A stretch of DNA of 64,000 bases from positions 1 through 64,000 of the forward strand of contig AP026173.1 in the NCBI GenBank assembly GCA_030295235.1, read 5' to 3'. Shown piece by piece: positions 23,401 through 34,963 of the stretch (position 1 is the stretch's first letter; each line of letters begins with the position of its first letter). A program made the translations under genes and the position numbers. Source of the DNA: Fistulifera solaris. Lineage: Eukaryota. The notes under the pieces were generated by a model. The model ran no database searches. It was not told the origin of the DNA and worked only from the letters and a program-made list of their open reading frames with translations.

Positions 23401-23668
23401 TGCGTCCTCGAATGCCCCTGATCCCTTGCTTGCTTTAAGCGGTCTTGGAACTTCCGAACCGCATGATTTTCCGATCCCTATAGGACTTGGCTTAGAATCG
23501 CTGAATCGTGAAAACGAAGGCACGTCTCTATGGGACAACCAGCCGCTGCCTTTGACTGCAGATCATGGTGACAACGGCCTCGGTGTTCATTTATTTGGCT
23601 TTTCGGATGACGACAAGAAGCAGACACCCAAGTGGGGCAGTGACGGCCTCGGTGGGTCCATTTGGTGA
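20475..23668 (+). CDS. Ankyrin-repeat + UBA-domain protein with a low-complexity C-terminus, frameshifted
   Basis: Ankyrin: GRSVLHIASWWG and GWNAVHYSAISGNLVVLEILLRAG. UBA: ALLGMGFQQEDVKAAINACGG...NAVAWI. Five overlapping ORFs. Confidence 0.7.
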
Positions 23669-23801
23669 TGACTTATCATGAAGCTATGAGTAAGAGTGAA
23701 GCCATTGCTAATCTAAAGATCCAGCTTGAAATTGAGCGTAATTCTTAGTCAAATCGTGTGGTATTTATCGCTAGGTAGATTTGCAGGTGATAAACTAATG
23801 C

Positions 23802-24248
23802 TTACTGAGCCAAGAGCTTCTTCATTTCTCCGGAAGCAATCGCCTTTTGAGTGTCATCGTTTCCTCCAATGTGCTTTCCATTAACGAATACATTCGGAAC
23901 TGTCTTTTGTCCGGTCATTTCAAACAATGTATCTTGAATATCGGCTCCATCGTCCATTTGATTGAGTTCAAAAATCTTGGCGTCAACACCGAGCTCCGCG
24001 AACGAAGCCTTTGTTTTGCTGCAAAAAGGACAGTAGGATTTCGAGAAGATGGTAACTTGATTTGAGTTGATTTCCGAAGTGATGAAATCTGTTTTCGAAG
24101 CCATGTGTCGGACCGTCAAGTAATTGCTGCTAGGTTGAGTGACGATGGCGTTCGCAGCGGCCAACGGACGACTCTTGATGCTAGGCGCAAAGGCTTTCGT
24201 CGAAGTTGCAGCAAATGCGAGAAAGCAAGAAAGGGAAGCGACTCTCAT
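23802..24248 (-). CDS. GRX: Dithiol glutaredoxin, probably plastid-targeted
   Basis: SKSYCPFC, TVPNVF, IGGND; signal peptide ending TKAF-AP. Confidence 0.95.
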   Translation of the reverse strand: MRVASLSCFLAFAATSTKAFAPSIKSRPLAAANAIVTQPSSNYLTVRHMASKTDFITSEINSNQVTIFSKSYCPFCSKTKASFAELGVDAKIFELNQMDDGADIQDTLFEMTGQKTVPNVFVNGKHIGGNDDTQKAIASGEMKKLLAQ

Positions 24249-24550
24249 GTTTGTTGATTGTAGGTCTAGTAATAAAAAGCAAGTACGGAGTAAGTTGTAA
24301 TGCGAAATGTTGTCGTTGTCGTGTTGTCGTATCGTGTGCTCTGTGCTCCTTTCTCGTTTCTCTTTCTATCGTGTTCCAGCGACTGACGTAGCCATTCTGA
24401 TCGGCAGGTATCCCGTAAGGTTAAGGTTCAGAAGAAGTGTTTACTACGTACAATGACACCTACTGTACAAGGTACTCACTCTAGAAAAGTCCTTTTATCG
24501 TGACTTGACTTTAGTCGTGAGGAAGTCGTCACGATGAAAAAAGAAAAATA

Positions 24551-25725
24551 CCTGGGACGAAGTTAACTATGTCTCCCATTGTACTTAAAATCCACAGTCA
24601 CATTATTACTTCGGACAAGGGTCAAAGAAACGGGAATCAAAGATAGTACATTTTTGTAGCATTTGTCAATGTAATGACTTTTCGATATTTAAGCCTATAC
24701 AATACTATATCGAAGCTAAATAAGTAAATATATTTTTTAGTACTAGCGGAGACATCGTCTCCGAACGAAGACTTCGTCTCCCAATGGGAGACTTCGTCTT
24801 CGCTACTGGAGACTTCGTCTTCGCTATGGGAGACTTCGTCTTCCAATGGGAGACTTCGTCTTCGTCTTCGTCTTCGTCTACACAAAATCGAAGACATTTC
24901 GTTCATACACGATGTCTTCTTTCGAAGACATATTGCTTTTCTTCGCGAAAAACGTTGTTTCTCTCATACAAAAGAGTAGCGAAAGGTATTGGTATTTTGC
25001 GCGCTTATTATTTCCGAAAAAATCATCAAGGACAAACGACGATGACGAATGACGACTCCTCCTCGACTTGAGGGCACATGCCGCATTATTCATACCTTCC
25101 TTCGGCTCCGCCCCTCTAAATGAACCAGATTGGAACAAGAGCTGTTTTTACCATTATTCGTGCGCTTTGGTTACGTCAAAACAGTATTCTCCATGAAATC
25201 GACGCGGCAGGCAGGAAAAGGCCGAGGTCGCAACGTTAGGCGACGAATTACGTACCCAATATCTCCTCGGCCCAAACGGCCTCTTACCGGAGGACCGCCC
25301 GTTGCTCGACGTTTCTCTCAAAGCAGCTCTCTCTCTCTCTCTCTCTACCGGATCAACGTGCTCTGTTGATTCAATTGAGGCATTTTCGTCTCCCAACTCC
25401 CAACTCTCCCAACGAAGACTTCGTCTCCCAATGGGAGACTTCGTCTCTAAATGGGAGACTTCGTCTCCTAAACGGGAGACTTCGTCTCCTAAACGGGAAA
25501 CTTCGTCTCCTTTTTATGGGAGACATTTTTTCGATACAAGACAGTACATGCTGAGTCGTGGAAAACACATGGGGCATATATTTTAAAACGTTTAAGTAAG
25601 TAGAGTCACTGGACAACCGAAGTATAATGCCCGATAGTAAAAATACTACTTAAGTACACTATAAGTGCCTGTCAAGTACCGTCACGTTGAGTACTATGGA
25701 GATACATTTAACTTCGTCCCTGCGG
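24551..25725. mobile_element. Non-autonomous TIR element flanked by TA, with internal palindromic repeat clusters
   Basis: Left end GGGACGAAGTTAACTATGTCTCCCATTGTACTTAA (24554) vs reverse complement of right end GGGACGAAGTTAAATGTATCTCCATAGTACTCAA (ending 25720). TA at 24549-50 and 25726-27. No transposase ORF. Confidence 0.75.
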
Positions 25726-26376
25726 TAAATGCCTCGCGCTCGCGTCTCGCGTGCCTCGTCGCGAAACCGGCGAACCGCGAGATGCAATCGTCGCCTTTTG
25801 TGTCAATGCTATTATCATCAAACTATAATTCAATGCAGATCAAGAATTTCACCGTATTGTGCTCCTTACCTCATGACCTTGCTAAAAAATGAGTAAGCAA
25901 TGCGACGAGAACTTGGAATCAAACGGCGAAGCTAAAGGATCAAGGCGTCGAGGAACGACAGCTGGTTTCGCTCCTGACAGCGTTGAAGAACTATCATAAA
26001 ACGATTTGACTAATATGACTCTTACCGGATGATATCTGGCGCTTTCAAGATTCACAATTGGATGACAGGAAGACAGGAAATACATGAGCGATCTATTCTG
26101 CTGGTAATCGAAAAGGGAAAGTCTACAATCTTGCAACGTCTCGAATAGAATTGCTTTTGGAGGTACGAACGATTTCATTTAATATAGCTTACTGGTAATA
26201 ATTGTCAGTACGCAATGCTGATGTATTTTAATATGAATTGAGCTTTATTTCTTGTCTTGCGCTCACACTTCTCTCGTTTCTTAACTAATCTTTGTTGTCC
26301 TAAAGTTGAATGTAACATGCAACATGCAACATGTATTTCGATGGAGTGATCACCCAATGCATGATTGCCGAGCCTT

Positions 26377-27419
26377 TTACCAAGATCCGGGTCCACCAAG
26401 ACGGCGGAATCGGGTGGGCTCATCCTCAACAATACACTGCTCCGGATTCGTCACGACGGGAAAGGTCACAGGATATCTGGTTCCGCCGTTCGTAGTTCCT
26501 TTTGCACCACACGTCCAGACTTGCGCTCCATTGACGTCAGTGCAGACACCAGTAGCCCATCCACTCAGGTCTCTTCCGTTGGGGCAACGCTTGACAAGTT
26601 CCACCGTTCCATCGTCAAGGCAGCTGGGGTAAGGCAGCTGCACGACCGAGTTCACTCCTCCGTTACCGATATTGCACTGGAACATACTCAAATTGGAAGG
26701 GCCACACAAATAGGCGGTGGTGGAACACTTGTAACCGTAACCACCAGTGTACTTATTGTCGCACGCACGGCAGGAGTCATCGCCTTCGATGCAGCGCTCG
26801 GCAACATCGCAGGCATCCGCGGGCTCGCGGCACACTTCTCCAGGACGGTTGAAGCAGAAACCCGTGGGAGATGCCGAAGGCGATAGAGTTGGAGATGCGG
26901 ATGGGTTAGCGGACGGCATAGCAGTTGGCGTCGAACTGGGAGGCGCGGATGGTGTCGTCGTGGGACGTTCCGAAGGCTCGGACGACGGCGTCATCGTGGG
27001 ACCTTCCGAAGGCTCTGACGATGGCGTCATACTGGGAGGCGCGGATCGCGGATGGTGTCGTCGTGGGACGTTCCGAGGGCTCAGACGATGGCTTCATACT
27101 GGGAGGCACGGATGGTGTCGTCGTGGGACGTTCCGAAGGCTCTGACGACTGGCGCAATGTAGGAGGTGGTGTTGGGGTTGGGACGGGGACCGGAGCCGGT
27201 ACTGGGACCGGCACTGGGACGGGAACCGACTCTGGGCAAACGGAGAGATTGCTGAGTGGGACCGCAATTCCCTCCGTTATTCTGATTACCGTTGCCGCCA
27301 CAAACTGCATTGTTCATGTTGGCTGTTCCTGAGGTTCTGCCATCATGTGTGTTTATAGTGACGGATGAGGCACCACTTGGTGCGATTTGTAAATAGATAA
27401 CATTTCTACCATGTATCAA
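26377..27419 (-). CDS. Pro/Thr/Ser-rich mucin-like protein with a disintegrin-like Cys domain; 5' end unclear, frameshifted
   Basis: PSSEPSERPTTTPS repeats and a (PV)n tract, then CFNRPGEVCREPADACDVAERCIEGDDSC and further Cys-rich sequence. Confidence 0.6.
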
Positions 27420-27449
27420 ATAGCATTTACATCATTGGACTGTAATCAA

Positions 27450-28741
27450 TTAACGCTGCATGTAGGCGATGAATGCATCGAGATTTGTAGTGAGCAGCAA
27501 TTGTGAGAGTGCGGGAGGCTGGCACCCTGTGGTCTCGGCTAGAGCCGAACTCAATATAGCCATACGATAGCACTGGTCGCTTGTTTGCTGACATTGTTTC
27601 GCGAAGCAGTGGAAGCGATTGTACAACAATTGTGGCTCGATCTTTTCTTTTTGAATTCGATTCCAATATTCGCCCTTCCCTTGCAACTGAATATGAAAGC
27701 TCCGATTGTGAGTCAACGCATCGATACTGTGTTTTATGAGCTGATCAGCGTGTTCTTTGCGACACTCTAGTAGATCAAGGCGTTGCAGCGACGTATGAAG
27801 CGAAAGCGTTTGCAAGGCTTCTGACCAATCTTGAAGATGCTGAGCATTTCGTAGAATGATACGCTTTATTTGCTTGTTGCCTCGTAGAGACTGCACGACG
27901 AGAGGAAGATGATTGGTGACATTCCATGTGCTTGGAATATAAATGCCGAGTGTTCGCACATTCGCGCAAATATGAACGGAGCATGATAGCAAGTTCCTCC
28001 ACCAGTTCTGCGCTTGTATGTTCGGCCCGTCTTCCAAAACAAAGGTGTGCGGACCTCCAGTTTGTGCAAGCGATTGACAAAAACTTTGTGCTTGATCCGT
28101 GAAATTACAACGTAACAGCGAAAGTTGGGAGGGAACTCTGCTAAGGAAAGCCGAATCTTCCGGGTCAATCGTAATATTCTCCAAGCTCATCTCATCGACG
28201 CGCAACAGCGGCAACAAACGTTTCAAACCATCGGCTCCCACGGTAATCGATTCATTGTTAGCGCGTGCAAGGTAGCTGCACCATTCAGCTCAATTTCTCG
28301 CAGAAAACCATGCCCACCGTCGGCGAAGGAACAGCAGTGTAGCGCAATTCTCACGCCGTGACGAGCAACTGCAACAGATTGCTCCGTCGAAAAAATAAAG
28401 TAGTGAAAGCCAACGGTTCGTTCCAATGAGCTCGTCAAAATCGTTTGCAGTTGCTCCGTCGAAAAGGCGCTGCACCACAAATTACCGTTGTCGTCTTCTG
28501 CAGTTTCCTCTTTGCTCCAATCGCGATAACGCCGTATATTTATTGGGTCGTTACTTGAATGGGGAAGTTGCAAGAGATATGTAACGCCTTCTACTGCTTG
28601 TTGGACTGTAAGAGCCGCAATCAGAACTCGTGTGTGAGCTGCTTTGACTTCAAACTGCACGGGAAGAACTGCGTCGTGGTGTTTGTTGAGAATAAAGAAC
28701 ATTCCTTCCATCGGAAGGTACCGTGTTCTCGCAGGCAACAA
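27450..28741 (-). CDS. Orphan LRR/RNI-like family protein, copy 1 (frameshift at ~28230)
   Basis: LxxLxL-type repeats; C-terminal NRF...RMAILSSAL...LLLTTNLD motif shared with the genes at 61742 and 63271. Confidence 0.6.
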
Positions 28742-29258
28742 AGAAGAGTATCAAGATTGATAATCGATTCTTGCATTTTTTCTGTTCTAGCTGAATATAC
28801 ATTACATTGAAGAGGAAGAAGGCAATAATGATCAATGAGAGAAGGGATGAAAGGCTGAGGACGAGAACAAGATCATCGTCTAATCGTTATTCTGTGGTGA
28901 TGTGGTGAAAAGAACAAAATTGTGAGAGGTTTCGCGTGGCTTTTTGTCTGACGCAGCAAGCGAAAACAGTACAAACCGAATTCTGTAGGTATCTCAAACA
29001 GCGTCTATTTGCAGAATGTCTTCAGTACCGGTCTATTCACTTCGCGGTTAATTTTGAAATAATGGATGAGGGCAATTTCCGAAAAATTGGGCCACGTCGT
29101 TACGCAAAGATGTCAATGATCTTCCAAACAGCATAACAAGAGATATTCGTTCAATTAGATGCATGCGATCGAAGATTCAATGACAAACTCAAGAAAGAGA
29201 AGTTGAAAAGATAATCAGGAGAGAACGGTTCGCTTAAAAGTGATTTTCGTTTTATTTA

Positions 29259-29773
29259 TTATTCTGAAGGACAACCGGCTTCCTGCTCTAGCCATGTGAT
29301 AAAGGCTCCCGTTCTTTCAAGAGAAATAGAAATGCGTGCTTTACTTTCCATCTCTGCACGATTAGCTGAAGGTTCGAATGTGACCATGGAAGTCGTTACA
29401 CTGTTACGATATCAAGACGAGAATTTGCATTGAAATATGTGAGGCGAAGAGCGAATACGGACGAACATGAGATGTAAACGAAGAATCGCAAGAACAACGA
29501 CACATACCGCTCTATCCTGGCAATTTGATTGCGCTCCAGTAACAAGGCTGCATCAATCGATACGAGAATAGCTGCCTCCATGGCCACGAAAAGAACACGT
29601 TGATTGTTTTGCAGATACTGTTTTGCCAGGCTGTGATAATGAGTTGGTCGTCGACTAGCGGATACATTTATAGTGGGTCGGTCGGAAGGTGCTGGCTGAC
29701 TCGCCTCGTTCGTCTCTTCTTCTTCGAAAGCTTCGGAATGTAATGATTCCTCTTCCTCTTCTTGCAAAGACAT
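29259..29773 (-). CDS. Alba-domain DNA/RNA-binding protein, paralog 1; intron 29401-29507
   Basis: TINVSASRRPTHYHSLAKQYLQNNQRVLFVAMEAAILVSIDAALLLERNQIA, spliced to RVTTS...KARISISLER..F..WL; resembles plant-type small Alba proteins. Confidence 0.78.
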
Positions 29774-30154
29774 GGATCTTCCGCTGCAAACAATTCAATC
29801 CTTGCGCCAAGTTGATGGAGTCACTATTCATTGTCATGACAAACATTCAAATTTAATTATATCATCGAAGTCCTTGGTAGATATGGAGTTGATCTTTGAG
29901 AATAGCTTGTTCGTTCTATAGTATTTCCAAAAGAAAGTAGGAGTCTCCCAATCCCACGGCCATAACACTCATTCGTCGGAATTAAGAAGTGCCGGTGTGA
30001 TTGTTTTATAGTTTCGTATTATCAGGTCCATATTTTAGAGTTCGGTCAACTAAGTTCACTTCATAAATTGGTCTAAGAGAAGATTTTACCAAAAAAAAAG
30101 AAGAATTTTTGTATGCAAATTCTATAGGTACAACCTTACTGAGCTTGATAATGC

Positions 30155-33100
30155 TTATGCCGCCTCTATACACTCCGAACAACATGTTTCTAATTCACAA
30201 ACCACCGCGCAGTCGACAACTAGTGTGTCCAGCAAAAGTGAAGGATCAGCTGCAACAGCGCATATTTGTTCTGGAACGTCTCCGGTTAACTGGTTGTTGC
30301 CAAGTTGTACTTCTACCACAGTAGTTATTTGGCCGAGCTGGGTAGGAATCGGTCCGGTGAGAGCGTTTTCATTTAGCAAGAGATTCTCGAGTACCGTCAG
30401 TTGACCCAGTTCCGTGGGTATTAGACCCGTTAAAGGAGCATTGCGTCCCAAGTTCAAGTACTTCAAATTTGTGAGTGATCCAAACTCTAATGGAATAGTT
30501 CCAGAAAACAAACAAGCTCGAGCGTTAAATCGCTCTAGATTCGTCAGCAATCCGAGCTCAGGCGGCAAAGGCCCAAATAGCAATGTTGAATCAAACGCGA
30601 TGTCTTTAAGGGTAAACATGGTGAAAAAATCCAATGGAATCGCTCCGCTCAGTGCACTATTTCCAGATAAATGAAGTGTTTCTGATGTAGCGAGAGCAAG
30701 CGGTGTTAGTCATCGTGTTTAGACAGTGCATACGGCATCGATGCGTGTGGCGACTTACCTAACGACAAAGCTGTCGCTATCTCCGCTGGTATTGTCCCTG
30801 TGATATTGTTTCTGGATAACCGAAACTCGGTCAGATTGGGCGAAGTTTCCCAGCCTGTGGCTGGAAGGGAACCCGAGAACAGATTGTCATCCAAAATCAA
30901 GACCTCAATGCTTGGTAGACTGAGCAATTCGGCAGGGAAGGGTCCCGTCACACCCGTCCCATTGAGATTGAGCTTCTTGAGGGCAGTTAACGCAGTATAG
31001 TCAGTGCCTAATGTGCTGCCCAGAACGTTCCCCGCTAACGACAGAATTTCTAGCCCCGTCAAAGCCGCCAGATTCGGCAGCGGACCAACAAGTCCATTCG
31101 ATTCCAAGTAGAGCTCACGCAGCGTCACTATTTCGCCGAGCTCTGCCGGTATCGGACCGGTGAGAAAGTTGAGATTTAAATTTAACACTTCAAGTGCCTG
31201 TAACTTTGTCAACACCGCTGACTGTACTGGGCCAGTTAATTGGTTCGTGTTCATGTCAAGAACCCTCAATCCTGTAAGCGACCCGAGATTTTCGGGAAGT
31301 TCACCTGAAATCGCATTATCGAACAAGACTAGTTCCTGGAGGCTCACCATATTCCCGACTTGTTCAGGGAGGGGGCCAAACAATGAGTTTGATGACAAGT
31401 CGAGAACTTCTAAGACACCGTCAGCCGCTCCGTCAAGTGCAATCCCTGTGAACGTATTTCGGGCCAGTTTCAGAGTTTTCAGGGTTGAGCTTGACAAAAG
31501 CTCCGACGGAATTTGACCAAATAACAGATTTTCGCTTAAATCAAGCTCAACCAAAGACGGAATCGAGAAAAGCACAGTCGGTGGGGAACCTTCAAAGAAA
31601 TTCAAGTATGCACGAACTATCTCGAGACTGCCTAGTTCACCGATTTCTTCTGGTATCGCAGTGAAACCATTTTCGAAGATAATCATTTCTTTCAGACTGG
31701 TGAGCAGTCCAATCTCCGTCGGAAGCGCTCCGGTAAAGACATTGCTGGCAAGATTAAGTGTAGCTACGTTTGGAAAACAGTGAGATGTGTTTCGTGCATA
31801 ATTAACAACTGATCCATTGAATGCTTCTTCGTACCTAATGCACCGAGGTTACCGAGACTGGTAGGGAGCTGCTGCGACAGCTCATTTCCCTCTATTTCCA
31901 AAGAGACTAAACTGGTTAGTCTGCCGATTTCGGAGGGCAATGTCCCAGTATGAAAGTTCAGATTCGCCCTGAAGCCGATCAAACTAGAAAGGCTGCCGAT
32001 CTCGGTTGGCAATGTGCCATTGAAAAAGTTATTCGAGTAATCCAGTACTTGCAAGAGTGACAAGCTACTTATGCCAGATGGAATCGTCCCGTATAAGTCA
32101 TTACCGGAAACGTCAAGAATTCCTATGTTTTGAAATGATGAGAACGTGAGATATTTGCAAATCAAAAAGTACAAAGAGATGATAGGACGAGGCCTCTCAC
32201 ACACCTAAGGAATTCAGACCACGAATTTCAGAAGGAAGCTCCCCAAAGAGATCGTTTTCACTCAAACTAATTTGAATAACTTTGCCATCATCGTCACACG
32301 TCACTCCATACCACGGTGTACAAACAGGATCCGGACCCGTCCAACCATCCCGAACGCGCCACGAACTCCCATTCGTGGCATAAAAGAGTGTATTCAAAGC
32401 GTAAATCGTTCGAATTTCTTCTTCGTCACCGGGAACAGCCAAGTCGGGAAATGACTCAGTCACTTTTTTTGTACGCAAGATTCTGGGCTGTGCCTTCAAC
32501 ATTTATTGATTCGTCATCGGTTAAAGCAAACACAAGGAAAGCATCGATTGAGTCGAACACCGGAAGGGAGGTTGGAGCACCTATCAGAGCGGCGGGTGCC
32601 GGACTGATTGTCGGTGCAGCTTCAATTAACGTCGAAGGTTGTGTACTTTCCGCACTTCCAGCCACCGGTGCAGGACTGACTGTAGGTCCAGTGGCGGCTT
32701 GCGTGGCAGGCTGCGAGCTCTCGCCTGTACCATCGTCAGGAGCCGGGCTCGACGATGACTCTCCTGACGCAGGCTGTGAGCTTCCTCCGGCAGCAGCTGA
32801 AGGCGCTGGGCTTACAGAAGGCGCGGCGGCAACAGGCTGAGAGCTTTCTGCAGTACCTGCTGGGCTCTCGGTTGTTCCGGACAAAACAGGAGAGCCTGAA
32901 CCACCCGATCCAATTACAGAAGGTGTATTAGTTCCCGACGAAGCTGCTGTTGGCAATCCTGTTTGAAAAGATGGCAATGTAGGTGATCCCAAGACTGGTG
33001 CGTCTGACCCAGTAGATGGCGATGTCGGCAGTACAGTCTGAGAAGCTGGTGTCGGCACTATCGTTAGAGGCAAAGAAGGTGTGGGAACCAATGTTAACGG

Positions 33101-33938
33101 GGAAGCTGGCGTCGGCACAATAGTCAGCCGCGATGAAGGTGTCGGAACCAGTGTTAAAGGGGAAGCAGGCGTGGGTACTATCGTCAGCGGCGATGAAGGC
33201 GTCGGAACCAGTGTTAAAGGGGATGCTGGAGTCGGTACTATCGTCAGCGGTGATGAAGGAGTTGGAACCAGTGTTAATGGGGAAGATGGTGTAGGTACTA
33301 TCGTCAGCGGTGATGAGGGTGTCGGCACTATCGTCAAAGGCGTTGAAGGCGTCGGCACCAGTGTCAAAGGTGATGCAGGTGTCGGCACTATCGTCAAAGG
33401 CGTTGAAGGTGTTGGAACCAGTGTTAACGGGGACGCTGGTGTTGGTACTATCGTCAAAGGAGATGATGGTGTTGGTACCAGAGTGAGAGGCGAAGCAGGC
33501 GTCGGAGCCGGAGTTTCCGACGACGACGATGCTGCAGTAGGCTCTCCGGTTTGAGAAGACGGCAATGTAGGCACTCCTGTTTGAGACGTTGAAGTCGGAC
33601 TCGCTGTCTGAGACAATGTTGTTGGTACATCTGTTTCAATTACTGGTAATGTAGGAATATCGATAGGTCTATCTCCCGCTGGTGCAGGTGTATCATCCGT
33701 CGGTGTTCCTATCGGCGCCGGATTTCCCCCCTGCAGGCGATGGTGCTGGAGATATCGTCGCATCAATTTCCGGTGGCGGCTGCCCATGTCGTGCGAATAT
33801 CAGTTGTTGAGTTTCTTCCACAGATAAGCCATTGAATAATCTTCTCCATGACTGCCATGAATTATCGGAAGACGAAAGCAACGCCGCCACAACGAATCCG
33901 GAAGCAAGCAAATAGGCTTTCCTCCGTATTTCCAGCAT
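30155..33938 (-). CDS. Large LRR (plant-type LxxLxLxxNxLxGxIP) protein with an N-terminal Pro/Thr mucin stalk; at least three introns
   Basis: More than 20 LRRs across ORFs 30155-30634, 30706-31686 and 31764-32204; N-cap ALNTLFYATNGSSW...C..WYGVTC; hydrophobic N-terminal segment. Confidence 0.88.
33046..33500 (-). repeat. Coding 30-bp (10-aa) tandem repeat PTP(A/S)SPLT(L/I)V
   Basis: About 15 units; protein sequence conserved while codons are diverged. Confidence 0.9.
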
Positions 33939-34963
33939 CTGTATTGTTGCGTCTTTCGCTTCAATAAACTGATTTTGCCAGATGAAAGGCGCCCGGTCGA
34001 TTAGCTGTCTGATTGAGATGGCTTTGCCATGGAGGTAACTGCTTATTTGGCTTTCCGAAGTCGTTTTATCAAAAGACCGATGAAGTCGAAAAATTTGGAC
34101 CCGAAAATTGTGGCCCGAGGTCACAAAATCGGCCATCGAGAAAAGGCTTTGAACGGGGTCTTTGAGTCATTTTCGAAGTATCCTGAGTACACATTTAAAA
34201 TATATAGTCAGTTTTATCACTTAAAGACAACGGAAAAGTCAACGGACAGCGAGAAGTCCCAACGAGGACTGAACATGACGTTTCTCCAGGACTGCATTTA
34301 GCCATAAGCGAAATTTCTTTGAATCCGCAGTCTTCCTTCTTATCCGTTTGTTGGGTTGCCTTGATAAGCTATAAATGTCTCTTCACCAGCAAGAGCATCT
34401 CCAACCGCTTTGAAGTACGCTCATGACTCATGATTCTTTTCATCAATTTCCTTGCGGATCATTGTCATCCCAAATGACTATAGCCCAGAGTGTTGGTTTA
34501 AGTGGCACGAGACACGACTGGATTCCAGTCTCGAGACGAGCATCCCTTTTCGTACGTCAAGTCTGTGATTCTCCTTCTGTCCTTCTGAGCATTTTTAACC
34601 GAGTTTCGACGTCGTACGTTACTTAACGTGTGTCAGCTGAAATGAGTGCGCAGAATGAACAGGTGCCTAGACTATCTATTCGCAATCGCAAAAGCTGATT
34701 TTGCTGTCTGTCAGGCGTCCGCCACAGTTGACTGCATTATGGAATGAAGTGTAGGCGACCTTTCATCCGACTGGATTCACGGGGTGGAGTCACGGGTTCT
34801 GTCATGTGGCCGGACGCGCTGCTGAATGCGAGAGAGACGCGCCTTTTGACATGCATCGCAGATCGCAGCCTGCATCATCTTTCGCAGTCTCTTTCTATTA
34901 TAGGCAAGCACAACTAACAGCTATTCCTTCTCATTCTTTCTTATTGATATCCAGCAAGGAAGA

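Noticed and set aside
24637..25616. ORFs inside the TIR element
   Set aside because: Translations of the hairpin repeats; no transposase motifs.
33081..33554. Plus-strand GVGT repeat ORF
   Set aside because: Antisense shadow of the PT repeat in the LRR gene.
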